Shown piece after piece: positions 1-12,231 of a DNA stretch of 20,711 bases. This stretch comes from Spirogloea muscicola (lineage: Eukaryota). The DNA lies in the NCBI GenBank assembly GCA_009602725.1, contig WELB01000026.1:534530-555240 (forward strand), in the 5' to 3' direction. Every line of letters begins with the position of its first letter. The stretch's first letter is position 1. The notes under the pieces were generated by a model. It ran no database searches, was not told the origin of the DNA, and was given only the letters and a program-made list of their open reading frames with translations. Made by a program: the position numbers and the translations under genes.

Positions 1-293
1 TTTCTGCCTCGGGGGCTGGCCATGCTGCGGCGAACGCCGCTCGCAGCAAGGCGACGAAGTACGCAGACCACCCGGCAAGGGACGACTTCGTCCCCCTGGC
101 CGTGGATTTGCACGGGACAGTCGGGTCCCAGTGCCTCGACCTGTTGGCCCGGCTTGCGCGGCTAGCTCAGGTCTATCGTATGTGCCTTCGATCTCCCTCC
201 AGCGGTCCGTGGCCCACGCCTTGCACCTGCGTGCTGGCCGTGCTCTAGCTGCAGCCTCTGGCTTTCGTCAGGGGGATGCTTCCGGCTGCTAGT

Positions 294-398
294 CCAGATC
301 TACAAATATTACTAACTAGCGAATTTAGTGAACGACGTCAGATTTTATTATGGATCGCTTTATTTGCTTCTTTCGCCGTCAAGGTTCCTATGGTACCA
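294..398 (+). pseudogene. nad4: NUMT fragment of mitochondrial NADH dehydrogenase subunit 4
   Basis: AT-rich; translates to DLQILLTSEFSERRQILLWIALFASFAVKVPMVP, the plant NAD4 segment just before VHIWLPEAHVEAP. Only ~35 codons long, with no flanking nad4 sequence. Confidence 0.9.
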
Positions 399-464
399 CG
401 GCTGCCTTATACAGCCGCCCTTGGAGAAAGCCAGCCGCTGTCTATCGTGGACTTCCGTTGGTCA

Positions 465-830
<366 letters not shown>

Positions 831-889
831 TCGCATTTACGGCTCCTCACTCGTGGTTACTAAGTGATCCATCCTACCTTAGCGCAAAG

Positions 890-1580
890 GAATGTACAGG
901 AGACATAAAATCTACCAGTAGAGGGGTGATGGCTGGGGCTGACCAGCCCAGAAAGAGAATGAACAAATTTCGAAGGGGCCAGAAAAGCGATAAAGCAAAC
1001 AGCGACTCAAACGGCCACTGGGAGCAATATCCTCTGGTGAGCAGCCTCAGGTTAGAGAAAGTAGTCTCCGGGAAAGGTCCGAAAATTGAGGCAGCTTCTC
1101 CAATTTAAGGTAGTGGCTGAGAAGGTCCAATCGACAAGGTCTGAAGAGCCGAAAGGCGCCTAGCACACAACAATGCACGAGAGTACAGAGGAGAAACCTC
1201 AGTAACCCCGAAAGGTCTGAGAGGGCCGGAGGGCCAAAAAGCAGGAAGCTGTTCTCCATGACTTCTGCAAGTGGGCGCTCAATGACCTCTAGTCAGCAAG
1301 TGCATATCAGAATAACTAGAGGGCGGAAAAGCGTCGCCCTGACAGAATCTGGAGGCAGCAGCCAAGGTCCGAAGGGGCCGGACGGCGCTGAAGCACACGC
1401 ACACCACTAAGAATGTACCACAAAGAATGGTCACTTAGTAACCCCTAGTAAGCAACCGCAAAAGAAAAGAATGCGCGGCCAAATTGACTGGTGCCTGGGA
1501 GAGGCCAGCCCAAATGAATGGACAAGGTCTGAAAGAGCCGGATGGTGCAGAAAGCAAGCAAGAGAGAGACCACAGCCGCC
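890..1580 (-). mobile_element. Head-to-tail stack of short CRE-like 3' termini (copies B-F)
   Basis: Repeated ORF ends on the minus strand: FSNLRLLTRGYC (~1024-1060), RGY* (stop 1199-1201), LAAASRFCQGDAFPPSSYSDMHLLTRGH* (stop 1279-1281) and SFLLRLLTRGY* (stop 1435-1437). Each is followed by 3'-UTR sequence containing a GGCYCYTTCRGACCTT-like motif. 1490-1580 is a UTR-only piece. 910-1056 aligns with 12710-12872. Confidence 0.75.
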
Positions 1581-1589
1581 GGAACGCAG

Positions 1590-2104
1590 CCGATAGGAGC
1601 AAGGGCTCGCCCATTGAGGATAGGGGCTGGGAAAGCCAGCCCAAAAAAGAATGAAACAGAGTACGAGAAGGGAAATTTCGTGTATTTGAAATAAACGAAG
1701 GCCAAATGGCCAAGTACAAAGGCAAGGACATCTTAAGACCTACATAACCTACAGTAGATTGACCCGCTCAGAAACCACGGGGCAAAACATAAAGGTCGCT
1801 AACCGATGCCTGGATACTAGATGGCAGATACGAAGCCCTTCTGCCACCAACTAGAGCTCGCCCAGCTTTCTGGTGCAAAGCATTAGCCTGAGCACGCTGC
1901 AAACAGGCCGAAACTCGTCGTCGCAACAACGACAGATAAGCAGCTGGCAAGCCCATCTCAGCCGGGAACACATGTGCATGTCGTGTGTAGCCTAGATTGG
2001 CTATGTTTTGAAGGAGAGTAAGGAAACGAGGTCCTAAGCAGCCAAAGATGTCGATTGCCGCTGGCAAGAGCTGATCACATCGGGGGTAATCGGAGTAATC
2101 GGAG
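1590..2104 (-). mobile_element. CRE-like non-LTR retrotransposon 3' end, more divergent subfamily (copy G)
   Basis: ORF 1768-2175 contains YSDYPRCDQLLPAAIDIFGCLGPRFLTLL...RRRVSACLQRAQANALHQKAGRAL...SDLYVLPRGF*, colinear with copy K (HADHPAADEFVPLAVDVHGALGSQWLDLL...RMRLSVSLQRSMAHALYLRAGRAL). Its 3' UTR carries the shared TTGGGCTGGC motif. Confidence 0.75.
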
Positions 2105-2222
2105 AATCGGAGAAGGGGGCCAGGGGAAGCGCTAAAGAAAACAAGCACAAAAAGAAACAGGCAGCTACGAAGCACTCAGTAACCCTTGCTAAGCAGCCTC
2201 AGGTCAGATCGCCAGAGGCGGC
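2105..2222 (-). mobile_element. Very short CRE-like 3' terminus (copy H) about 250 bp upstream of the RPB6 start codon
   Basis: Minus strand tctgacctgaggctgcttagcaagggttactgag = SDLRLLSKGY* (stop 2176-2178), followed by a UTR ending at cctggcccccttc. Confidence 0.65.
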
Positions 2223-2474
2223 TCACTTCCGACGGGGGAGGGAGGAGACGGGGAAGGCCAAGGAAGCCAGCTGGCCCCTCCACATACTTGCACCTCCGCC
2301 CTCCCATCCCTGCCCGCGCCGCGCCCGCGGAGCGCCAGCTCGCGCGCCGGCGAGGGTCCGGGACAAGGCTGGCGGGCGGGGCCCGGGGGACTGGGAGGGG
2401 CGGCCGGAGACGGGAGCGCTCACATTCTCCGCGGGCCTGCGCGTGCCGCTGCCCACCGCCGGCCCAGCGCCGCC

Positions 2475-4273
2475 ATGGACTACGAGGACGACGGGTTCAC
2501 GGAGAACGAGTGAGACGGGCCGCCCCCTCAACCTCCCTCTCTCTGCCCCACTAGCCTTTCCACTTCAGTGCTTCCCCGTTCGGTCCCGCCTTGTAACCCA
2601 CGTCCAACGTTACCTTCAGTCCCTCTCCTCGCACCGGCTGAGTCCATGGCCGCCTCCACTCCGCTGGACCACCCGTCTGTCATGCACGAGCCCATTGACG
2701 AGACATTACCGTCCTACACACTCCTTCGCCTTGCATGGCTGGTGCTCCCGAAACACGACGAGCGGCCAGCCCGAGCTTGGCTCGCACGCGCTGACAGTTT
2801 AGCTCCCACTCGTGGGTGCATGCCGCTTTCAGCATCTGCAACTGCTTCTGAACTCCTCCGGCTGTCGCGTCGCCGTGCCGCGCAGGTCCGACGCCGCCCT
2901 TGACGTCGAGTCCGAGGCGAATGGCGAGGACGCCGAGGTGACTTGTCACTGTCCCACCGTGCAAGATTTACCGTGCGAGCATCGCATATACCTTGTGCTT
3001 GCCACGGCCGCACCACCACTGTGGATCTGATGTGCTGCGGTTGGCCGCCACCTCAAATAAGCAGCTATGCGGACTTCAAGCTTCGTTGAATATCCAAGCT
3101 CAGCATGGAGTATGCCTGTCATTCAGTCCTGCATTTAAAGGGCGGTGCTCTTACCATGTCCCTTTCTGCGTTAGCTTGAGAGCCTCTGCAATGGCCACCT
3201 GCTTCTTACAAGCGCAGGAGGATGAGGAGGCAGCAACTGAGGGCGACGAGGACGACCGCACGACGACAACATCCGAAAATGTGAATACAATGGCGGACGA
3301 TGCAGTGCATATGGAGTGGACCAAATTCATGACAGAGGAGCCGGAAGCACATTTGTCCACCAAGCCAAGGGTGACATCCAAGTTCATGACCAAATATGAA
3401 CGCACTCGCATCCTAGGCACCAGGGCCCTTCAAATCAGGTCCAGTACTGGGTCACTCCTCTCTGCCTTGCTACCTGGCTTGCATGGCTTGTATTACGCAT
3501 GAGATGTTGTTGTGTTCGAAAGAAAGCTAAAAGAGGGGCCATGCATCGACGTCTGTTGAATGAAGACTTTGTGCAATGGCCTTGTATCTGTCCTCATTAT
3601 CATGTCACTGGATCCACAATCCACGCAGCGAGCTGGGCAGGCAGGTCTTTGCATTGACAATATGACTGATGACATTTACAACACAATTGTGGTCACTGGC
3701 AGCATGAATGCACCAGTTATGGTGGAGCTTGATGGGGAGACTGACCCCCTTGAGGTGCAAAGAGGGCATGCATTACTTGCAAAGTGTTGGCACAAGAGCT
3801 GCATTTCTTTTCAGCCTTTCTCCTGCGTAATAAAGCCAGACTCTCATGAACCTTGCATTGTGATATCTCCTTTGCTCGTGATTGTCATGCTCACTTAGGG
3901 TCATGCTCATCCGGGGTTTGACTGCACAGATTGCTCGTAAGGAACTTAGAGAAAAGAAGATTCCGTTTACGATCAGGCGGTACCTGCCGGACCGCAGGTT
4001 AGTGGCCCCAAAGCAGGTCATTGGTTTTGAAGTTTACACATGGATTCTGAAGGACTCGGTTTTAAGAAATATATATTCCTCAGCTCAGCCGGCAATGTTC
4101 AGTTGCAATTGGTGCTCGCAAGAATCCATATATGTCAGAAAGGCGTCAACATGGGGCACTTCAATAAGTTGGTGCCATTGGCATGCTCCTCTTGAACCTT
4201 CAGTTACGAGGAGTGGGCAGTGAGCGAACTCATCATTGAAGATTCTTGGCGACACCAAGTGGGCCATGGCTAG
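2475..4273 (+). CDS. RPB6: DNA-directed RNA polymerase common subunit RPB6 (RPABC2/NRPB6), 6 exons, 165 aa
   Basis: Exons 2475-2509, 2886-2937, 3218-3438, 3703-3754, 3930-3997 and 4204-4273 all have GT-AG boundaries with compatible phases (498 nt). The product has an acidic N-terminus followed by [80 protein letters not shown]. Confidence 0.96.
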
Positions 4274-4597
4274 TGGCAGTTATCAGCAAAGATGGACAAG
4301 GCTGTATAGCTTAGCTTCAGAAACAATTCTTGTGATAAATCACAGAACAAGCTCATGACCTAGCAACAGCTACAATCAGAAATTGACTGTTTCTCTAGTA
4401 AAAAAATTCTTCAACCATGTGTGGTTGGTTCACAAAATACCTGCGGTTGACTGCGTGATACGGTGGGATACTGGCGGGTTCTGTAAACTCTGGAACAAGG
4501 CAAAGCAATTGAGCTCCCACAGTTGCTCTGGCTAGCATCTCTGCACTTCGATCACATTCCAAGGCAAAGCTGAGACAAATAGCAAGAGAGATAACAG

Positions 4598-4735
4598 AAA
4601 TATAAAGTGGGCTGCCTTCACACAAGGTAATGGAAAGTCATGCTGCTTGCCAAGTAAGCAGTCATTCAAAGAAACCACAAATATGAAAGTAGCCTTCACA
4701 CAAGGTAATGCAAACTCATGCTTGCCAATTGAGCA
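4598..4735. repeat. Degenerate two-copy tandem duplication, period about 78 bp, between the convergent RPB6 and ZRANB3 3' ends
   Basis: Exact 19-mer gccttcacacaaggtaatg at 4614-4632 and 4692-4710, with similar flanks (aaatat..aaagt before; tcatgc..ttgccaa after). Confidence 0.85.
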
Positions 4736-4971
4736 ATGACTCAAGAGTGACTGCTCACTTGCAGTGACGAATGTTATCTGCCCATATGTGTGCATACAGC
4801 ATCTTCAGAGAGAGCTTCATCATCTACAGCCAAAAAGAACTCGCCTCAGGTGATGTGAGGGTAGCTGTGAACGAGTCTCTTAACTTCGAGACGTTCCAAT
4901 TCCACGTTCCAACACCAATCCTACGCATGACATCAGTTGATGGCGTCCAGGTCCAGCCTGCTGGCAGCATC

Positions 4972-7900
4972 TCAATGGAAGTGCTGCAGCTTTTCGTTGG
5001 TGTACTTGGGCAGCGCCTGATAGCTGCTCCCTGCAACACTGACCATGAGCAGGGCCTCCTCGTCGTGCTGCTCATCCAAGCAAGCCTGCTTGCTTGACAC
5101 CATAGCAGACTCCTCATTGACAGCATCCTGCAGATTGGTCACCGCAAAGGTGGATGAGAGCTTCGACATCCTTGCAGACGACACTTCCTTGCCTCATCGG
5201 CAATATGACACAATGTTGGAACTGAACTTGACAGAGAAAGTAAGCAAGGGTGACTGCAACAGGCAAGCCCTGCTCACCTTTAAAGGAGCTGCTTCACGAT
5301 GGCAATTGTCTACAGCTCCATCTAACGTGTCCTCCCACATACTATGACAGCTATTGAACTGGAACTCGTCCCATAGAATCTTCAGCATGTTCTTGTCCCC
5401 CCCTGGCAAACCTGCCTCAGCCTCATGCCCAGTGGGCTGTTGGGGCTCATCAAGCTGGGCCGGCACCGGCAGGATGCTGTGTGTTGGATATTCCTTCTTT
5501 CTGAGCTTGGCTCTTTTCTTGGCCTGAGCCTGAGTGATGGCCTTGTGGCAAATTACACACAAGGTCCTGAGGTTCTCGACTCCGCACTGTCCGCCTCCTT
5601 CAAAGACGGGCAGTATGTGGTCCGCATGCCAAGCTCTCCCTTCCTCCGGGGACTCCACCAGCTTCTCTAGTCTGTCACCAGGCAGTAGCAATTAAATACA
5701 GGATGCCAAAAGCTATTGAAACAAGCAACACACTCCTGCGGACATAGCAAGAATCAGCAGAATCCATGCTATGAAAAGCCTGGAGGAATTTTGGCAGTCT
5801 ACAATGCAGGAATAGGTGTTGGGCTTACTGGTGAGGACAACTTGCAAAGGCAGGAGCCTGCTGGAGAACAGCCTCCCTTCTAAGTAACCCGCACTTGATG
5901 CCTTTCAAGCTGACTACCAATGAATGGCAGTCCAAGTGGCAGAGGGAGCACACACCCCGTTCTACTTGAAAGAGCGCCTACAGCAGACGTCCAAATTATG
6001 TCCAAAGGGACAGAGGGAGGCAGGCCAAATGCGGCCCGGATCAAATAAGATCAATAGTCGTGGTACTTCCTCACTCAGATGAAACACTTTCACTGCGACC
6101 ATGGTACTGCAATAATAACACCTGCTCTTAATGACTACGTCATCTGCCTGTTCATTCATCACTGACATACTGGTCCTCACCTGACGTAGGTATCTTGGAC
6201 TTGTTCTGCTGAGGTACTCTACATAGCATACTTTGCTGCAAAACAGGTCTTGAAATGCTTGTGGAGCATATGCCTTCTTGTCTCTGCATAGATGTTAATA
6301 GAAGCTTCAGACGCCAAGAGTTATCCACACAAATATAGCTAAGCACATTGATGTATGAAAATATCCTGCTATTTGATCAACTAGACAGAAGGAAACGGGC
6401 GTACTGCTGCAGTGCTGTAGCTTAAGCTCACCAACATGCTGGCTGTGTGTGTGACGCAAGAAGCAGAGCTCTGGCTTGGCTTGTCAAATTATTGAGCAAC
6501 ATGGTGTATTGCTTGCAGTATTTTCCGTGTACAAAGGGTAGTACTTCAGTGTGAGCGGCAGGTTTCACTTACAGGCAGGCCTGCATGCACAGGGTGCAGA
6601 GTGGAAGCCCATCAACCGATCTTGCCTGCCTCACCTCCCACTCCCGGCACCCTCCTGACCCGCGTCCCTCTAATCTGACCACCATAAGCGTTGCACCCTT
6701 GGGCAGCGCAAGCAACAGCTCCTCTTTGGGCAGCGCACGTCTCTTGCTCCCATTTCTGCGCAAACCCTGGCGACACGAGTTGTATCAGACATAAGTGGAC
6801 TTGCAGGACCTTCACGAGCCTATCTTAATGTACCCTTGTTCGCATCCAATCCTTCTGTTACAAGAAGAGTGAGTGAGCACTGAGTAAACACGCGACATGA
6901 TAAACTGTCACCTAGCATCGCTTTAGCATCACCTTGTCCGATACAACCTTCGCCACTCTGTCGTCTTCGGCAAGGGGTGGCCGCAGCCTCTGGCCAGCCA
7001 GTTTCCTCCTCTGCATTGGCCTCAAGGCAGTCCACTCCTCCAGGAACTGCTCAGCCACTTGGCAGTGCTGTGCGCGGTTCTGCAGTAGGGGTGGCAGGTC
7101 TGTGCAATTTTCACCTGCCTGATCATGCATGCACAAACGACATATGTGAGTAGTCAAGTGCTATCCATTGACAACCTCATCATCGTGTCTTTGCCGAAGC
7201 AACAAGCAAAGCCTAGAAGTACTATTGGCCTCAAGATCATGATGACATGCACAAAATGAGAGCAACAGCTTGATTCAGAGTGTAAGCTGCGGACCGTGAA
7301 AGCCTCAGGACGGAAGCTATCATGAAAGTTTCCCGCATAATCCTCGTCTGCTTGAGGTTGATCAAGGTTTTGCTCCGATGTGCTGAAAGCTTTGTCGGGC
7401 TTTCCAGAGCAATAATACACATGCACCCTCCCAGTATGGGTGCTCACCTATGACGAGTGTGGCAACAATGACTTATGAGTTCTGAGGCATCACTCATTCC
7501 CTCATAAACACATGAAGGGCTTGAACACAGTCATGCTTTACCCTGCATAGATGTTCTTGACCAAAATGAGGACCAACCTCAAATGCTAAATTTTCCAGCA
7601 CAAGGGCATCCGCTGTACAAGACTGCTGGGGTGCTGCCTCCGCTGCAATGGCCTGAGCTGTCTGTTTGTTCGACGAAAGCTGAGCTATTGTGTCAGTGGA
7701 CGCCTTGTCACCTTCTGAATGAAAGAATCTTGGGCTAGAACCTGTGCGATCTTCAACAACAGCCACCTGCACAACCAATTGAAGATCAATAGTGGCACCA
7801 TTATGCTGGAGATGTTTCAATCTCGGGAATAATTGCCTTTCAAAGGCTTGCGAGCTGTGTAAGTACTGATGACCCAACCAGAATTCTGCGTGCTTAAGGA

Positions 7901-8610
7901 CATCAACCAGGTGACTGTATTTTAGCCCAAGCCCACCTGTCACCACCTTATATGGCAACATGAATTTTCCCAGGTCAGTGTGAAAGTGCCAAACCAAGAA
8001 CGTGTGACATAAGTTAAGAGAAACGAGATCAATTGCTTGGCAGATACGCAGGGTCCGGGCTGTGGAGAACAACCAACCTGTACACCTTCTGAAGCCTCCG
8101 CTGGGCCATCCAGCACAGTGCTCACCTTCTCCAGCTTTGAGCTCAAGCCCTGCCATCGCACCTCGTCACTTGTGTCCTGCTCAGGACAAGACAACGTCAG
8201 AACCCTGCTGCTAGCTGCCTTTCTCCCTCACGCACGCTGACATACTAACCACCCTACGAGCCTAACAGAGAGCGTGATGCTTGCTAATCAGTGAGAGAGA
8301 GTTGCCCATACCTTTGCGCAGAATATATAAACATTGACGGCTGTGTGCTGGCCAAGCCGGTGGCATCTATCTTCAGCTTGCAATAATTGACCACCCGTAT
8401 TAGGCAGCTCAGTGAAGACAACCGATCTGGCCGAGGTGAAGTCAAGTCCTACACCACCGGCAGTTACTCCCACCAGCGCAACTTTGACCTGCAAAGAGAA
8501 GGGGAGTGTCTTGCTCTTGTCTTGTGGAGGACTTACAATGCCCCTCTAGGCACGTAGTACAATGAAGCTCATACATCAAAGGCATCTGCGCACACCCACG
8601 TTGCTCGAAT

Positions 8611-8656
<46 letters not shown>

Positions 8657-11600
8657 GTGGTGCGTGCGTGCGTGTGTGCGTGTCACGCGCGCATGCGCGC
8701 GCTAGATTACTTTGCAAGCACTATGAAGAGCGGTGGTAAGGGAGAACCTTTGGCTGATGTTGAAATGCCTGTAGTACTTTCCTTCTATCCCAGCAGTCTG
8801 TGGACCCATCTATTCGGACATGCTCAACTTTCTTCTCATGCATGAAGCCCTGTAGCTCGTCAAGGACCTCCAGGTGGTGGCCAAAGATGACCATCTTGCC
8901 AGCATCAGAGGCCTTGGGCATCCCTAACACTTGGTCCGAAACCATCGCTTCGTCAGAGTCTTGCTCCTGTGCCCTCCCTTTCATCTCAGGCTCTCCCTTC
9001 TCAATGGTGTCAAGCTGATCTGCAATGTCCTTGCCTGTTGCAAAGATTGGGTGGTTTGCCAGCCACTCCTTAATGCCTTTCAGCTTCGCGATCCCTATCT
9101 CCTGATTGTTGAGCTGTGAGGCACTCTTCTTTGCCTCTTTGGAGTGAGACTCTGACACATCAAATGGATGAGTTGTAATCTTAGGAATGATGGATGATAT
9201 ACGAGCTCGTTGACCTTGTCCTCTTTGTGGGCAGAGGCTGTGTTAAGCAGGATGCGGTGTATCCAAGAGAATAAGCAGCAGCATAACAAAGTCAAGTACA
9301 TGTACTTGAGCTACAAGCCTAGTCCAGTCCGAATATATCTCCAAACTTCATCTGTTCAGCCAACATGGAGTAACATGCCAATCTGCTTGGCTGTACCTTT
9401 GCCCTGGCTTATTACTTCCTCATTGGAATCGTCCACTTCCTCACTTCCACCGAAACTTTCACTGTCTGCATGAAAGTTGGCGAATGGATTCTTGACAGAG
9501 GAACAGTGACGAGCCAGGTGCTGCTGGTGCATCTTGGCTCTGTCAACGGCTTCTTGTATATCTGGAAAGCTCAAACTCAGGCGAATTACTTGGCGCCGCT
9601 TTGGTGGGAGTTGCGAGAGGATGTTCGCTTTCAATCGCCGAATCTGCTGGCGGGCCCTTATTGAGTGTCAGCTCCAACAAACTTGCAGCAGCCTGCAATC
9701 TTGACTTACTGATTGTGATAATTTGTGTAAGTGGTTATATACAATCTAAACTGGTCAAGAAAGCAGATGCTGAGGAGCTTCAGGGCCGTGCAACAATAGT
9801 AATCTGCAATTGAGGTCTGCAGCTTGCAAGTCACTGCATACAATTGGGTTGGACTAATCGGGCGGGCCTGAAATTCACCATGATAGTTTCTGACAGGAGC
9901 AGAAATAGCTCTCTTAGGCGTGTGCCTTGAGAGTAGTCTCTGTGTGTGCCAGCATAATCAACCCCACAATACGCTCTTGCAAATGCGTACTTGGAAGGGC
10001 CCAAAAGACCAGGCCAGAGGCTATCTGCTTGGCAGAAGATGTCAAAGGGTCTGGCAGCGCATGGAGTTCCAGATAGAAGCACTGCCTTCTCTGTCCTCCT
10101 GACAAAATCTGCAACTGCCGACACCTGAGGAAGGCGACCATAAGCTAAGCAGTTTTGAAGGCCTGGATACTCCACACTTCAGATTTCAGGAAGCATGCAA
10201 GGGGCTCCTATATAGTCTACTTCATAATAGCTTGGACAGGAAGAAAAGCGAGATACGAGTGAAAGACAGGGCCACTTTGAAGGGGTAATATAGGGCAATA
10301 TGGAATCCGTTTAGGAAGGAAGAAGTACCTCTTCACACTCGTACAGTTTTTTGGACGTGCGCATGTTATGCGACTCGTCTACAATGACCATCCCCCATTG
10401 TATGCAACTCAGTGAAGCTCTTATACGAGGTAACATGGTGTAGGAGGTCACCACAACCTTTGGCAATCGGCCCTCCTTTCCATCCACGTCATCCCTCCTC
10501 CCGAAGACTGCAAGAAGCATCAAAAGTCCCTGCAAACGAGTTCCTCATACTGATCGACTACAAAGGGGACAACTTGCTCCTCCTAAATTGCATGATGCTG
10601 TCACAAATTGAAGAGCTCCACAAATTATTTAGAAGAGTGCACGGCACACCGAGGTGAATATCTGTGGGGCTGAGATACGTCATCCACCGCTCAATCTCCT
10701 CAGCCCATGCCAGCCGCATGCTCGCGGGACACACCACGAGGAGAGGTCCCAGGTCTCGGAAACAACTGGCCAAGGCAATTGCCTGCATTGCACCAAGTGA
10801 TAGTTGGTGACAACATAGGACCCCTCTGTATGACAGATTGACCCGCTGACAGATACGACAGATACGCCAGTTCACCTGACAATCAGCAACACGTGGCATA
10901 CAGTCCAGGGCTGACTTAATCACTTATAAAAGAGAGTCCTATGTCAAAGCACGTCCTTTCCATTTTAGACGAGTTCCGTGCAGCACGCGTGCATCCACCC
11001 AAGCTTAGCATCAGGACCTGGATGGTCTTTCCAACGCCCATGTCGTCGGCTATGAGGCACCGTCCTCCCCGTCGGAGCCCGAACAGGACCCCTTCTCTCT
11101 GAAATGGCATGAGGGCACCCGAGAGCTTCGTGGGCAGTCTCGTCCGCAGACATGCCTGCGCTTCGGCCTCAGATAGGTGGCCCCTCCTGAGCGGCACCCA
11201 ACCAGCAGCAGCAGCTTGTGGCCGTGCAAGCCTCCACTTCAGCGCCTCCACTGTGGAGCGTGGGACCTCTTGCAACCGGATGCCGGGCATGCGCCTCAGT
11301 GCCATCACGACGGCCTCGTAATGCTGGGTTCCGTAGACGGGCCGGGCAGAGTCGGCGCCTGCTATCGACCTGTGCGCTCGGGCCTGGCAGAGTCACGCAC
11401 AACGTCAAGGCTCTACTGGCAGCGGCAGCCTACATCGTCCACCACTGGTCGTGGGGATGACACCTGGTGTCTTGATCAGGCACTTGGGAGAGTGCTGAGG
11501 CAATTCGACGGGAATTGCGACTGATATAGGACCTGACATGGCTTTCGGGAAGATGGGTTCACGAGACGGAGACACTGACCGGCAGGCTTCCGAGGAGCGC

Positions 11601-11801
11601 CGCGCGCTGGCTCGCGGCGCAGCCGGCGACAGTGAGGCAGAACTCGCCCAGCGAGCACAGTTCGGCCTCCACCGCCACCATCGCCGGCGCGAGCCGGCCT
11701 GCGGCGGCGGGAGCGTCGCCGACGGTCGCAGGCGCCGGGCAGCGCTGGTCGCCGGGCCTCGGAGGCTGCCTCGGGCGGGCAGGCCCCTCCATGGCCGCCA
11801 T
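4972..11801 (-). CDS. ZRANB3: ZRANB3/AH2-like SNF2-family annealing helicase with C-terminal HNH endonuclease (multi-exon; start codon and some internal boundaries approximate)
   Basis: Successive minus-strand exons give: LMPFQREGV..CLIADDMGVGKTIQ (motif I, exon 11383-11018); LLVVCPAS (~10730); VIVDESH (~10375); LLSGTP (~10070); IRRLKANILSQLPPKRRQ (~9620); KMVIFGHH..RIDGST (~8850); AGGVGLDFT..QAEDRCHRLGQ (~8400); PLCTLC (~6590); DLFCSKVC (~6240); ERGVCSLCHLDC (~5940); HNH region WHADHILPVFEGGGQCGVENLRTLCVICH (~5550-5630). The last exon 5127-4972 contains EEALLMVSVAGSSY, which resembles the plant homologue tail. The start is ATG 11801 or 11792. Confidence 0.92.
8612..8701. repeat. (GT)22 microsatellite followed by GCGT repeats and a 16-bp palindrome, intronic in ZRANB3
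   Basis: Perfect GT repeat at 8612-8655, then tgcgtgcgtgcg, then cgcgcgcatgcgcgcg at 8686-8701. Confidence 0.95.
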
Positions 11802-12054
11802 TATGGAAGCTCATGTGCTCCTCTGCGGTGATCCAGACGTTGCAGCCGGAGCGGACGCTGACAATGGCGGCTAGTGCCGCGCCAGCAGGAGCCGCGAGGC
11901 CAGAGGCACAGTCCGGGCGTGGCCGAGGGGGCTCCGCGACTTCCCTCGCGCGCGGGGACTTCGGATCGGGGAGCCGGCTAGCTTCGAGCCGACGCCCGAA
12001 TACGAAAAAGGATCAGCCATGTGTCGAATATCGCCCCCGTGCTGCGTGGTCTGA

Positions 12055-12185
12055 GCTTTCCGGCCTGCTTCGGACACTTGCCGTTCCTTCTCATGGGCAG
12101 GCCCTCTGCAGCCATTGCACGTATCAAGAGCGTCTTGGGCTGGCCTCTTATAGCCATCGCCACACATTGCAAGAGCTGTTCTTCT
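12055..12185 (+). mobile_element. Two degenerate CRE-like 3'-UTR remnants (copies M and N) about 250 bp upstream of ZRANB3
   Basis: ctttccggcctgcttcggacacttg...tgggcaggcc...cagccattgcac...aagagcgtctt and gggctggcc...agccatc...aagagctgttctt follow the same motif order as the UTR of copy J (cctggccccctcggactttg...tgggctggcc...cagcccattgcac...aagagtctt). No coding remnant recognised. Confidence 0.5.
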
Positions 12186-12231
12186 AATCGGGCCATGGGC
12201 CATGACCCGGGGTCTAAAAACCCCGGGTTCC

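Noticed and set aside
890..2222. CRISPR array or satellite interpretation of the recurring motifs
   Set aside because: The units are irregular in length, highly diverged, and translate to the C-terminus of a retroelement ORF. The context is eukaryotic with no cas genes.
5540..5640. HNH motif as a mobile homing endonuclease
   Set aside because: It is a spliced exon in the expected C-terminal position of the ZRANB3-type helicase.
6833..6853. Possible 21-nt in-frame micro-exon (KDWMRTR) in ZRANB3
   Set aside because: It has AG/GT flanks, but direct joining of SDK to GLRRNGSKRR is also in phase. There is no support without transcripts.
11813..12187. Plus-strand 124-aa ORF with a good-context ATG (acaATGGcg) divergent from ZRANB3
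   Set aside because: Low-complexity GC-rich sequence with no recognisable domain; its 3' part runs into retroelement UTR remnants.
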